DNA from: Camelus dromedarius
Lineage: Eukaryota
DNA length: 64,000 nucleotides
Assembly (NCBI RefSeq): GCF_036321535.1
Contig: NC_087436.1
Span: forward strand, 3,224,001 to 3,288,000
Reading direction: 5' to 3'
Shown: positions 1 through 12,789 of the stretch, in pieces
Layout of the letters: each line of letters opens with the position of its first letter
Numbering within the stretch: position 1 is the stretch's first letter
The notes under the pieces: generated by a model
What the model was told of the DNA's origin: nothing
Seen by the model: only the letters and a program-made list of their open reading frames with translations
Database searches by the model: none
Position numbers and translations under genes: made by a program

Positions 1-5
1 GATAT

Positions 6-1990
6 GAGCATGTGGAGAGACGTTCATTCATCTAGCACAAAGGGAACAGTTTGCCAGAGAAACTTTTACTCTGGTTTCTCAGTCTGTTTCCTAGTGCCGG
101 TTTGAAGTTACTGCAGTTTTAACTGTAAAACCGAGTTGTGGCTTGTACCTCCCCATATATATGTATGGAGTGGAGTTTGCAAATGAAAATAAACTTTGTG
201 TTCCCAACAAGCTAGGTGAAGGACGGCTTTCACACACACTTATCTCTCAGGACTGAGCACGTGGAGAAACGTTCGTTCATCTAGCACAAAAGAAACGGTT
301 TGCAGTAGAAAACTTTACTCTGGTTTCTCAGGCTTTTTCCTAGTGCCGGTTTGAAGTTCCTACATTTTTCACTGTAAAACGGAGTTGGAGCTAGTACCTC
401 CCCATATATATGGATGGAGTGGAGTTTGCAAGTGAAAAGAAACTTTGTGTTCCCAACAAGCTAGGTGAAGGATGGCTTTCACACACACTTATCTCCCAGA
501 AATGAGCATGTGGAGAGAAGTTCGTTCATCTAGCACAAAGGGAACGGGTTGCAGGAGAAAATTTTACAGTGGTTTCCCAGTCTGTTTCGTAGTGCCGGTT
601 TGAAGTTCCTGCAGTTTTCACTGTAAAACCTAGTTGGGGCTAGTAGCTCCCCATAAATATGTATGGAGTGGAGTTTGCATCTGAAAAGAATCTTTGTGTT
701 CCTAACAAGCTAGGTGAAGGACGGCTTTCACACACACTTATCTCTCAGGACTGAGCATGTGGAGAGACGTTCATTCATCTAGGAAATAGGAAACGGGTTG
801 CAGGAGAAAATTTTACTCTGGTTTCTCAGTCTGTTTCCTAGTGCCGGTTTGAAGTTCCTGAAGATTTCACTGTAAAACCGATCTGTAGATAGTACCTCTC
901 CATATATATGTATGGATTGGAGTTTGCAACTGAAAAGAAACTTTGTGTTCCCAACAAGCTAGGTGAAGTACGGCTTTCACACTCACTTATCTCTCAGAAC
1001 TGAGCATGTGGAGAGACGTTCGTTCATCTAGCACAAATGAAACGGTTAGCAGGAGAAACTCTTACTCTCTTTTCCCAGTCTGTTTCCTAGTGCCGATTTG
1101 AATTACCTGCAGTTTTCACTGTAAAACCGAGTTGGAGCTAGTACCTACCCATATATATGTATGGATTGGAGTTTGCAAGTGAAAAGAATCTTTGTCTTCC
1201 AAACAAGCTAGGTAAAGAACGCCTTTCACACACAATTATCTCTCAGAACTGAGCATGTGGAGAGACGTTCGTTCATCTAGCAAAGGGAACGGTGTGCAGG
1301 AGAAAATATTACTCTGGTTTCCCAGTCTGTTTCCTAGTGCCGGTTTGAAGTTCCTGCAGTTTTCACTGTAAAACCGATTTGGAGCTAGTACCTCCCATAT
1401 ATATGTATGGATTGGAGTTTGCAAGTGAAAAGAATCTTTTTGTTCCGAAAACCTAGGTGAAGGACGGCTTTCACACACACTTATCTCTCAGGACTGAGCA
1501 TGTGGAGAGACGTTCGTTCATCTAGGAAATATGAAACGGGTTGCAGGAGAAACTTTCACTCTGGTTTCTCAGTCTATTTCCTAGTGCCGGTTTCAAGTTC
1601 CTGCAGTTTTCACTGTAAAACCAGTTGGGTAATGTACCTCCCCGTATATATGTATGGAGTGGAGTTTGCAAATGAAAAAAACTTTGTGTTCCTAACAAGC
1701 TAGGTGAAGGACGGCTTTCACACACACTTATCTCTCAGGACTGAGCATGTGGAGAGAAGATCGTTCATCTAGCCAAAAGGAACGGGTTGCAGGAGAAACT
1801 TTTACTCTGGTTTCTCAGACTGTTTCCTAGTGCCGGTTTGAAGTTCCTGCAGTTTTCACTGTAAAACCGAGTTGGAGCTAGTACCTAACCATATATATGT
1901 ATGGAGTGAAGTTTGCAACTGAAAAGAAACTTTGTGTACCCAACAAGCTAGGTGAAATACGACATTCACACACACATATCTCTCAGATAT
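6..1990 (+). repeat. 8-monomer higher-order repeat unit (~1,985 bp); further copies at ~7450-9434 and, in rotated phase, ~56190-58170
   Basis: The monomer type beginning 'gatatgagca...acagtttgccagaga' starts at 6 and 1991, and again at 7450 and ~9435, with the same order of eight types between. Identical ORFs at 1236 and 8680 give a 7,444-bp offset. Confidence 0.9.
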
Positions 1991-4009
1991 GAGCATGTGG
2001 AGAGACGTTCATTCATCTAGCACAAAGGGAACAGTTTGCCAGAGAAACTTTTACTCTGGTTTCTCAGTCTGTTTCCTAGTGCCGGTTTGAAGTTACTGCA
2101 GTTTTAACTGTAAAACCGAGTTGTGGCTTGTACCTCCCCATATATATGTATGGAGTGGAGTTTGCAAATGAAAATAAACTTTGTGTTCCCAACAAGCTAG
2201 GTGAAGGACGGCTTTCACACACACTTATCTCTCAGGACTGAGCACGTGGAGAAACGTTCGTTCATCTAGCACAAAGGAAACGGTTTGCAGTAGAAAACTT
2301 TACTCTGGTTTCTCAGGCTTTTTCCTAGTGCCGGTTTGAAGTTCCTACATTTTTCACTGTAAAACGGAGTTGGAGCTAGTACCTCCCCATATATATGGAT
2401 GGAGTGGAGTTTGCAAGTGAAAAGAAACTTTGTGTTCCCAACAAGCTAGGTGAAGGATGGCTTTCACACACACTTATCTCCCAGAAATGAGCATGTGGAG
2501 AGACGTTCGTTCATTTAGCACAAAGGGAACGGGTTGCAGGAGAAACTTTTACTCTGGTTTCTCAGTCTGTTTCCTAGTGCCGGTTTGATGTTCCTGCAGT
2601 TCTCACTGTAAAACCGAGTTGGAGCTTGTACTTCCCCATAAAAATGTATGGAGTGGAGTTTGCAACTGAAAAGAAACTTTGTGTTCCCAACAAGCTAGGT
2701 GAATGACGGCTTTCACACACAATTATCTCTCAGAACTGAGCATGTGGAGAGACTTTCGTTCATCTAGTCAAAATGAACTGGTTGCAGGAGAAACTTTCAT
2801 TCTGGTTTCTCAGTCTGTTTCCTAGTGCCGGTTTTAAGTTCCTGCAGTTTTCACTGAGAATCCGAGTTGGGGCTAGTACCTCCCCATATATATGTATGCA
2901 GTGGAGGATGCAACTGAAAAGAAACTTTGTGTTCCCAACATGCTAGGTGAAGGACGGCTTTCACACACACTTATCTCTCAGAAATGAGCATGTGGAGAGA
3001 CTTTCGTTCATCTAGCCAAAATGAACGGGTTGCAGGAGAAACTTTCACTCTGGTTTCTCAGTCTGTTTCCTAGTGCCGGTTTCAAGTTCCTGCAGTTTTC
3101 ACTGTAAAACCAGTTGGGTAATGTACCTACCCGTATATATGTATGGAGTGGAGTGTGCTAATGAAAAAAACTTTGTGTTCCCAACAAGCTAGTTGAAGGA
3201 CGGCTTTCACACACACTTATCTCTCAGAACTGAGCATGTGGAGAGACGTTCGTTCATCTAGCAAAAAGGGAACGGGTTGCAGGAGAAACTTTTACTCTGG
3301 TTTCACAGTCTGTTTCCTAGTGCCGTTTTGAATTTCCTGCAGTTTTCACTGAGAAACCGAGTTGGGGCTAGTACCTCCCCATATATATGTATGGAGTGGA
3401 GTTTGCAAAAGAAAAGAACTTTGTGTTCCCAACAAGTTAGGTGAAGGACGGCTTCCACCCACACTTATCTCTCAGAACTGAGCATGTGGGGAGACGTTCG
3501 TTCATCTAGCACAAAGGAAACGGTTTGCAGTAGAAAATTTTACTCTGGATTCTCAGTCTGTTTCCTAGTGCCGGTTTGATGTTCCTGCATTTTTCACTGT
3601 AAAACCGAGTTGGAGCTAGTACCTCCCCATATATATGTATGGATTGGTGTTTGCAAGTGAAAAGACACTTCGTGTTCCCAACAAGCTAGTTGAAGAATGG
3701 CTTTCACACGCACATATCTCTCAGAACTGAGCATGTGGAGAGACGTTCGTTCATCTAGCACAAAGGGAACGGGTTGCAGGAGAAAATTTTACTGTGATTT
3801 CTCAGTCTGTTTCGTAGTGCCGGTATGAAGTTCCTGCAGTTTTCACTGTAAAACCGAGTTCGGGCTAGTACCTCCCCATAAATATGTATGGAGTGGAGTT
3901 TGCAAATTAAAAGAAACTTTGTGTTCCCAACAAGCTATGTGAAGGGCGGCTTTCACACACAATTATCTCTCAGAACTGAGCATGTGGAGAAACGTTCGTT
4001 CATCTAGCA

Positions 4010-7000
4010 CAAAGGAAACGGTTTGCAGTAGAAAACTTTACTCTGGTTTCTCAGGCTGTTTCCTAGTGCCGGTTTGAATTTCCTGCATTTTTCACTGTAA
4101 AACGGAGTTGGAGCTAGTACCTCCCCATATATATGGATGGAGTGGAGTTTGCAAATGAAAAGAAACTTTGTGTTCCCAACAAGCTAGGTGAAGGATGGCT
4201 TTCACACACACTTATCTCCCAGAAATGAGCATGTGGAGAGACGTTCGTTCATCTAGCACAAAGGGAACGGGTTGCAGGAGAAAATTTTACAGTGGTTTCT
4301 CAGTCTGTTTCGTAGTGCCGGTTTGAAGTTCCTGCAGTTTTCACTGTAAAATCTAGTTGGGGCTAGTAGCTCCCCATAAATATGTATGGAGTGGAGTTTG
4401 CATCTGAAAAGAATCTTTGTGTTCCTAACAAGCTAGGTGAAGGACGGCTTTCACACACACTTATCTCTCAGGACTGAGCATGTGGAGAGACGATCGTTCA
4501 TCCAGCCAAAAGAACGGGTTGCAGGAGAAACTTTTACTCTGGTTTCTCAGACTGTTTCCTAGTGCCGGTTTGAAGTTCCTGCAGTTTTCACTGTAAAACC
4601 GAGTTGGAGCTAGTACCTAACCATATATATGTATGGAGTGAAGTTTGAAACTGAAAAGAAACTTTGTGTACCCTACAAGCTAGGTGAAGTACGACATTCA
4701 CACACACATATCTCTCAGATCTGAGCATGTGGAGAAACGTTCATTCATCTAGCACAAAGGGAACAGTTTGCCGGAGAAACTTTTACTCTGGTTTCTCAGT
4801 CTGTTTCCTAGTGCCGGTTTGAAGTTCCTGCAGCTTTCACTGTAAAACCGAGTTGTGGCTTGTACCTCCCCATATATATGTATGGAGTGGAGTTTGCAAA
4901 TGAAAATAAACTTTGTGTTCCCAACAAGCTAGGTGAAGGACGGCTTTCACACACACTTATCTCTCAGGACTGAGCATGTGGAGAGACGATCGTTCATCTA
5001 GTCAAAATGAACGGGTTGCAGGAGAAACTTTCACTCTGGTTTCTCAGTCTGTTTCCTAGTGCCGGTTTTAAGTTCCTGCAGTTTTCACTGAGAATCCGAG
5101 TTGGGGCTAGTACCTCCCCATATATATGTATGGAGTGGAGGATGCAACTGAAAAGAAACTTTGTGTTCCCAACATGCTAGGTGAAGGACGGCTTTCACAC
5201 ACACTTATCTCTCAGAAATGAGCATGTGGAGAAACTTTCGTTCATCTAGCCAAAATGAACGGGTTGCAGGAGTAACTTTCACTCTGGTTTCTCAGTCTAT
5301 TTCCTAGTGCCGGTTTCAAGTTCCTGCAGTTTTCACTGTAAAACCAGTTGGGTAATGTACCTCCCCGTATATATGTATGGAGTGGAGTTTGCAAATGAAA
5401 AAAACTTTGTGTTCCTAACAAGCTAGGTGAAGGACGGCTTTCACACACACTTATCTCTCAGGACTGAGCATGTGGAGAGACGATCGTTCATCTAGCCAAA
5501 AGGAACGGGTTGCAGGAGAAACTTTTACTCTGGTTTCTCAGACTGTTTCCTAGTGCCGGTTTGAAGTTCCTGCAGTTTTCACTGTAAAACCGAGTTGGAG
5601 CTAGTACCTAACCATATATATGTATGGAGTGAAGTTTGCAACTGAAAAGAAACTTTGTGTACCCAACAAGCTAGGTGAAGTACGACATTCACACACACAT
5701 ATCTCTCAGATATGAGCATGTGGAGAGACGTTCATTCATCTAGCACAAAGGAAACGGTTTGCAGTAGAAAATTTTACTCTGGTTTCTCAGGCTGTTTCCT
5801 AGTTCCGGTTTGATTTTCCTGCATTTTTCACTGTAAAACGGAGTTGGAGCTAGTACCTCCCCATATATATGGATGGAGTGGAGTTTGCAAATGAAAAGAA
5901 ACTTTGTGTTCCCAACAAGCTAGGTGAAGGATGGCTTTCACACACACTTATCTCCCAGAAATGAGCATGTGGAGAGACGTTCGTTCATCTAGCACAAAGG
6001 GAACGGGTTGCAGGAGAAAATTTTACAGTGGTTTCTCAGTCTGTTTCGTAGTGCCGGTTTGAAGTTCCTGCAGTTTTCACTGTAAAATCTAGTTGGGGCT
6101 AGTAGCTCCCCATAAATATGTATGGAGTGGAGTTTGCATCTGAAAAGAATCTTTGTGTTCCTAACAAGCTAGGTGAAGGACGGCTTTCACACACACTTAT
6201 CTCTCAGGACTGAGCATGTGGAGAGACGATCGTTCATCTAGCCAAAAGAACGGGTTGCAGGAGAAACTTTTACTCTGGTTTCTCAGACTGTTTCCTAGTG
6301 CCGGTTTGAAGTTCCTGCAGTTTTCACTGTAAAACCGAGTTGGAGCTAGTACCTAACCATATATATGTATGGAGTGAAGTTTGAAACTGAAAAGAAACTT
6401 TGTGTACCCTACAAGCTAGGTGAAGTACGACATTCACACACACATATCTCTCAGATCTGAGCATGTGGAGAAACGTTCATTCATCTAGCACAAAGGGAAC
6501 AGTTTGCAGGAGAAACTTTTACTCTGGTTTCTCAGTCTGTTTCCTAGTGCCGGTTTGAAGTTCCTGCAGCTTTCACTGTAAAACCGAGTTGTGGCTTGTA
6601 CCTCCCCATATATATGTATGGAGTGGAGTTTGCAAATGAAAATAAACTTTGTGTTCCCAACAAGCTAGGTGAAGGACGGCTTTCACACACACTTATCTCT
6701 CAGGACTGAGCATGTGGAGAGACGATCGTTCATCTAGTCAAAATGAACGGGTTGCAGGAGAAACTTTCACTCTGGTTTCTCAGTCTGTTTCCTAGTGCCG
6801 GTTTTAAGTTCCTGCAGTTTTCACTGAGAATCCGAGTTGGGGCTAGTACCTCCCCATATATATGTATGGAGTGGAGGATGCAACTGAAAAGAAACTTTGT
6901 GTTCCCAACATGCTAGGTGAAGGACGGCTTTCACACACACTTATCTCTCAGAAATAAGCATGTGGAGAGACTTTCGTTCATCTAGCCAAAATGAACGGGT

Positions 7001-7481
7001 TGCAGGAGAAACTTTCACTCTGGTTTCTCAGTCTATTTCCTAGTGCCGGTTTCAAGTTCCTGCAGTTTTCACTGTAAAACCAGTTGGGTAATGTACCTCC
7101 CCGTATATATGTATGGAGTGGAGTTTGCAAATGAAAAAAACTTTGTGTTCCTAACAAGCTAGGTGAAGGACGGCTTTCACACACACTTATCTCTCAGGAC
7201 TGAGCATGTGGAGAGACGATCGTTCATCTAGCCAAAAGGAACGGGTTGCAGGAGAAACTTTTACTCTGGTTTCTCAGACTGTTTCCTAGTGCCGGTTTGA
7301 AGTTCCTGCAGTTTTCACTGTAAAACCGAGTTGGAGCTAGTACCTAACCATATATAAGTATGGAGTGAAGTTTGCAACTGAAAAGAAACTTTGTGTACCC
7401 AACAAGCTAGGTGAAGTACGACATTCACACACACATATCTCTCAGATATGAGCATGTGGAGAGACGTTCATTCATCTAGCA
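4010..7481 (+). repeat. Tandem duplication of a 7-monomer unit (1,736 bp x2)
   Basis: The same seven monomer types occur twice in order. Near-identical ORFs at 5242 and 6978 are 1,736 bp apart. The junction monomer starting at ~5714 is chimeric. Confidence 0.9.
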
Positions 7482-10181
7482 CAAAGGGAACAGTTTGCCA
7501 GAGAAACTTTTACTCTGGTTTCTCAGTCTGTTTCCTAGTGCCGGTTTGAAGTTACTGCAGTTTTAACTGTAAAACCGAGTTGTGGCTTGTACCTCCCCAT
7601 ATATATGTATGGAGTGGAGTTTGCAAATGAAAATAAACTTTGTGTTCCCAACAAGCTAGGTGAAGGACGGCTTTCACACACACTTATCTCTCAGGACTGA
7701 GCACGTGGAGAAACGTTCGTTCATCTAGTACAAAAGAAACGGTTTGCAGTAGAAAACTTTACTCTGGTTTCTCAGGCTTTTTCCTAGTGCCGGTTTGAAG
7801 TTCCTACATTTTTCACTGTAAAACGGAGTTGGAGCTAGTACCTCCCCATATATATGGATGGAGTGGAGTTTGCAAGTGAAAAGAAACTTTGTGTTCCCAA
7901 CAAGCTAGGTGAAGGATGGCTTTCACACACACTTATCTCCCAGAAATGAGCATGTGGAGAGAAGTTCGTTCATCTAGCACAAAGGGAACGGGTTGCAGGA
8001 GAAAATTTTACAGTGGTTTCCCAGTCTGTTTCGTAGTGCCGGTTTGAAGTTCCTGCAGTTTTCACTGTAAAACCTAGTTGGGGCTAGTAGCTCCCCATAA
8101 ATATGTATGGAGTGGAGTTTGCATCTGAAAAGAATCTTTGTGTTCCTAACAAGCTAGGTGAAGGACGGCTTTCACACACACTTATCTCTCAGGACTGAGC
8201 ATGTGGAGAGACGTTCGTTCATCTAGGAAATAGGAAACGGGTTGCAGGAGAAAATTTTACTCTGGTTTCTCAGTCTGTTTCCTAGTGCCGGTTTGAAGTT
8301 CCTGAAGATTTCACTGTAAAACCGATCTGTAGATAGTACCTCTCCATATATATGTATGGATTGGAGTTTGCAACTGAAAAGAAACTTTGTGTTCCCAACA
8401 AGCTAGGTGAAGTACGGCTTTCACACTCACTTATCTCTCAGAACTGAGCATGTGGAGAGACGTTCGTTCATCTAGCACAAATGAAACGGTTAGCAGGAGA
8501 AACTCTTACTCTCTTTTCCCAGTCTGTTTCCTAGTGCCGATTTGAAGTACCTGCAGTTTTCACTGTAAAACCAAGTTGGAGCTAGTACCTACCCATATAT
8601 ATGTATGGATTGGAGTTTGCAAGTGAAAAGAATCTTTGTCTTCCAAACAAGCTAGGTAAAGAACGCCTTTCACACACAATTATCTCTCAGAACTGAGCAT
8701 GTGGAGAGACGTTCGTTCATCTAGCAAAGGGAACGGTGTGCAGGAGAAAATATTACTCTGGTTTCCCAGTCTGTTTCCTAGTGCCGGTTTGAAGTTCCTG
8801 CAGTTTTCACTGTAAAACCGATTTGGAGCTAGTACCTCCCATATATATGTATGGATTGGAGTTTGCAAGTGAAAAGAATCTTTTTGTTCCGAAAACCTAG
8901 GTGAAGGACGGCTTTCACACACACTTATCTCTCAGGACTGAGCATGTGGAGAGACGTTCGTTCATCTAGGAAATAGGAAACGGGTTGCAGGAGAAACTTT
9001 CACTCTGGTTTCTCAGTCTATTTCCTAGTGCCGGTTTCAAGTTCCTGCAGTTTTCACTGTAAAACCAGTTGGGTAATGTACCTCCCCGTATATATGTATG
9101 GAGTGGAGTTTGCAAATGAAAAAAACTTTGTGTTCCTAACAAGCTAGGTGAAGGACGGCTTTCACACACACTTATCTCTCAGGACTGAGCATGTGGAGAG
9201 ACGATCGTTCAACTAGCCAAAAGGAACGGGTTGCAGGAGAAACTTTTACTCTGGTTTCTCAGACTGTTTCCTAGTGCCGGTTTGAAGTTCCTGCAGTTTT
9301 CACTGTAAAACCGAGTTGGAGCTAGTACCTAACCATATATATGTATGGAGTGAAGTTTGCAACTGAAAAGAAACTTTGTGTACCCAACAAGCTAGGTGAA
9401 ATACGACATTCACACACACATATCTCTCAGATATGAGCATGTGGAGAGACGTTCATTCATCTAGCACAAAGGGAACAGTTTGCCAGAGAAACTTTTACTC
9501 TGGTTTCTCAGTCTGTTTCCTAGTGCCGGTTTGAAGTTACTGCAGTTTTAACTGTAAAACCGAGTTGTGGCTTGTACCTCCCCATATATATGTATGGAGT
9601 GGAGTTTGCAAATGAAAATAAACTTTGTGTTCCCAACAAGCTAGGTGAAGGACGGCTTTCACACACACTTATCTCTCAGGACTGAGCACGTGGAGAAACG
9701 TTCGTTCATCTAGCACAAAGGAAACGGTTTGCAGTAGAAAACTTTACTCTGGTTTCTCAGGCTTTTTCCTAGTGCCGGTTTGAAGTTCCTACATTTTTCA
9801 CTGTAAAACGGAGTTGGAGCTAGTACCTCCCCATATATATGGATGGAGTGGAGTTTGCAAGTGAAAAGAAACTTTGTGTTCCCAACAAGCTAGGTGAAGG
9901 ATGGCTTTCACACACACTTATCTCCCAGAAATGAGCATGTGGAGAGAAGTTCGTTCATCTAGCACAAAGGGAACGGGTTGCAGGAGAAAATTTTACAGTG
10001 GTTTCCCAGTCTGTTTCGTAGTGCCGGTTTGAAGTTCCTGCAGTTTTCACTGTAAAACCTAGTTGGGGCTAGTAGCTCCCCATAAATATGTATGGAGTGG
10101 AGTTTGCATCTGAAAAGAATCTTTGTGTTCCTAACAAGCTAGGTGAAGGACGGCTTACACACACACTTATCTCTCAGGACT

Positions 10182-11426
10182 GAGCATGTGGAGAGACTTT
10201 CGTTCATCTAGGAAATAGGAAACGGGTTGCAGGAGAAAATTTTACTCTGGTTTCTCAGTCTGTTTCCTAGTGCCGGTTTGAAGTTCCTGAAGATTTCACT
10301 GTAAAACCGATCTGTAGATAGTACCTCTCCATATATATGTATGGATTGGAGTTTGCAACTGAAAAGAATCTTTGTGTTCCCAACAAGCTAGGTGAAGTAC
10401 GGCTTTCACACTCACTTATCTCTCAGAACTGAGCATGTGGAGAGACGTTCGTTCATCTAGCACAAATGAAACGGTTAGCAGGAGAAACTCTTACTCTCTT
10501 TTCCCAGTCTGTTTCCTAGTGCCGATTTGAAGTACCTGCAGTTTTCACTGTAAAACCGAGTTGGAGCTTGTACCTACCCATATATATGTATGGATTGGAG
10601 TTTGCAAGTGAAAAGAATCTTTGTCTTCCAAACAAGCTAGGTAAAGAACGCCTTTCACACACAATTATCTCTCAGAACTGAGCATGTGGAGAGACGTTCG
10701 TTCATCTAGCACAAAGGGAACGGTGTGCAGGAGAAAATATTACTCTGGTTTCCCAGTCTGTTTCCTAGTGCCGGTTTGAAGTTCCTGCAGTTTTCACTGT
10801 AAAACCGATTTGGAGCTAGTACCTCCCCATATATATGTATGGATTGGAGTTTGCAAGTGAAAAGAATCATTTTGTTCCGAAAACCTAGGTGAAGGACGGC
10901 TTTCACACACACTTATCTCTCAGGACTGAGCATGTGGAGAGACGTTCGTTCATCTAGGAAATAGGAAACGGGTTGCAGGAGAAAATTTTACTCTGGTTTC
11001 TCAGTCTGTTTCCTAGTGCCGGTTTGAAGTTCCTGAAGATTTCACTGTAAAACCGATCTGTAGATAGTACCTCTCCATATATATGTATGGATTGGAGTTT
11101 GCAACTGAAAAGAAACTTTGTGTTCCCAACAAGCTAGGTGAAGTACGGCTTTCACACACACTTATGTCTCAGAACTGAGCATGTGGAGAGACGTTCGTTC
11201 ATCTAGCACAAATGAAACGGTTAGCATGAGAAACTCTTACTCTCTTTTCCCAGTCTGTTTCCTAGTGTCGATTTGAAGTACCTGCAGTTTTCACAGTAAA
11301 ACCGAGTTGGAGCTAGTACCTACCCATATATATGTATGGATTGGAGTTTGCAAGTGAAAAGAATCTTTGTCTTCCAAACAAGCTTGGTAAAGAACGGCTT
11401 TCACACACAATTATCTCTCAGAACTG
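10182..11426 (+). repeat. Partial tandem repeat of a 3-monomer unit (746 bp; about 1.7 copies)
   Basis: The 'gatctgtagatag' monomer starts at 10182 and 10928, each followed by the 'caaatgaaacggttagc' monomer. The arrangement is repeated at ~58415-59660. Confidence 0.85.
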
Positions 11427-12789
11427 AGCATGTGGAGAGACGTTCGTTCATCTAGCAAAAAGGGAACGGGTTGCAGGAGAAACTTTTACTCTGGTTTCTC
11501 AGTCTGTTTCATAGTGCCGGTTTGATGTTCCTGCAGTTTTCACTGTAAAACCGAGTTGGAGCTAGTACTTCCCCATAAATATGTATGGAGTGGAGTTTGC
11601 AACTGAAAAGAAACTTTGTGTTCCCAACAAGCTAGGTGAATGACGGCTTTCACACACAATTATCTCTCAGAACTGAGCATGTGGAGAGACTTTCGTTCAT
11701 CTAGTCAAAATGAACGGGTTGCAGGAGAAACTTTCACTCTGGTTTCTCAGTATGTTTCCTAGTGCCGATTTTAAGTTCCTGCAGTTTTCACTGAGAATCC
11801 GAGTTGGGGCTAGTACCTCCCCATATATATGTATGGAGTGGAGGATGCAACTGAAAAGAAACTTTGTGTTCCCAACATGCTAGGTGAAGGACGGCTTTCA
11901 CACAAACTTATCTCTCAGAAATGAGCATGTGGAGAGACTTTCGTTCATCTAGCCAAAATGAACGGGTTGCAGGAGAAACTTTCACTCTGGTTTCTCAGTC
12001 TATTTCCTAGTGCCGGTTTCAAGTTCCTGCAGTTTTCACTGTAAAACCAGTTGGGTAATGTACCTCCCCGTATATATGTATGGAGTGGAGTTTGCAAATG
12101 AAAAAAACTTTGTGTTCCCAACAAGCTAGTTGAAGGACGGCTTTCACACACACTTATCTCTCAGAACTGAGCATGTGGAGAGACGTTCGTTCATCTAGCA
12201 AAAAGGGAACGGGTTGCAGGAGAAACTTTTACTCTGGTTTCACAGTCTGTTTCCTAGTGCCGTTTTGAATTTCCTGCAGTTTTCACTGAGAAACCGAGTT
12301 GGGGCTAGTACCTCCCCATATATATGTAAGGAGTGGAGTTTGCAACTGAAAAGAACTTTGTGTTCCCAACAAGTTAGGTGAAGGACGGCTTCCACACACA
12401 CTTATCTCTCAGAACTTAGCATGTGGAGAGACGTTTGTTCATCTAGCACAAAGGAAACGGTTTGCAGTAGAAAATTTTACTCTGGATTCTCAGTCTGTTT
12501 CCTAGTGCCGGTTTGATGTTCCTGCATTTTTCACTGTAAAACCGAGTTGGAGCTAGTACCTCCCCATATATATGTATGGATTGGAGTTTGCAAGTGAAAA
12601 GACACTTTGTGTTCCCAACAAGCTAGTTGAAGAATGGCTTTCACACGCACTTATCTCTCAGAACTGTGCATGTGGAGAGACGTTCGTTCATCTAGCACAA
12701 AGGGAACGGGTTGCAGGAGAAAATTTTACTGTGATTTCTCAGTCTGTTTCGTAGTGCCGGTATGAAGTTCCTGCAGTTTTCACTGTAAA

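Noticed and set aside
146..170. TATA-like 'catatatatg' as a promoter element; hairpins as terminators
   Set aside because: These are short AT microsatellite or dyad motifs present in every monomer with no associated gene, so a regulatory role cannot be supported from sequence.
8214..8242. CENP-B-box-like halves: TTCGTT ... GGAAACGGG
   Set aside because: The canonical box needs TTCG-n4-A-n2-CGGG within 17 bp. Here the halves are separated by about 13 extra bases, so it does not match.
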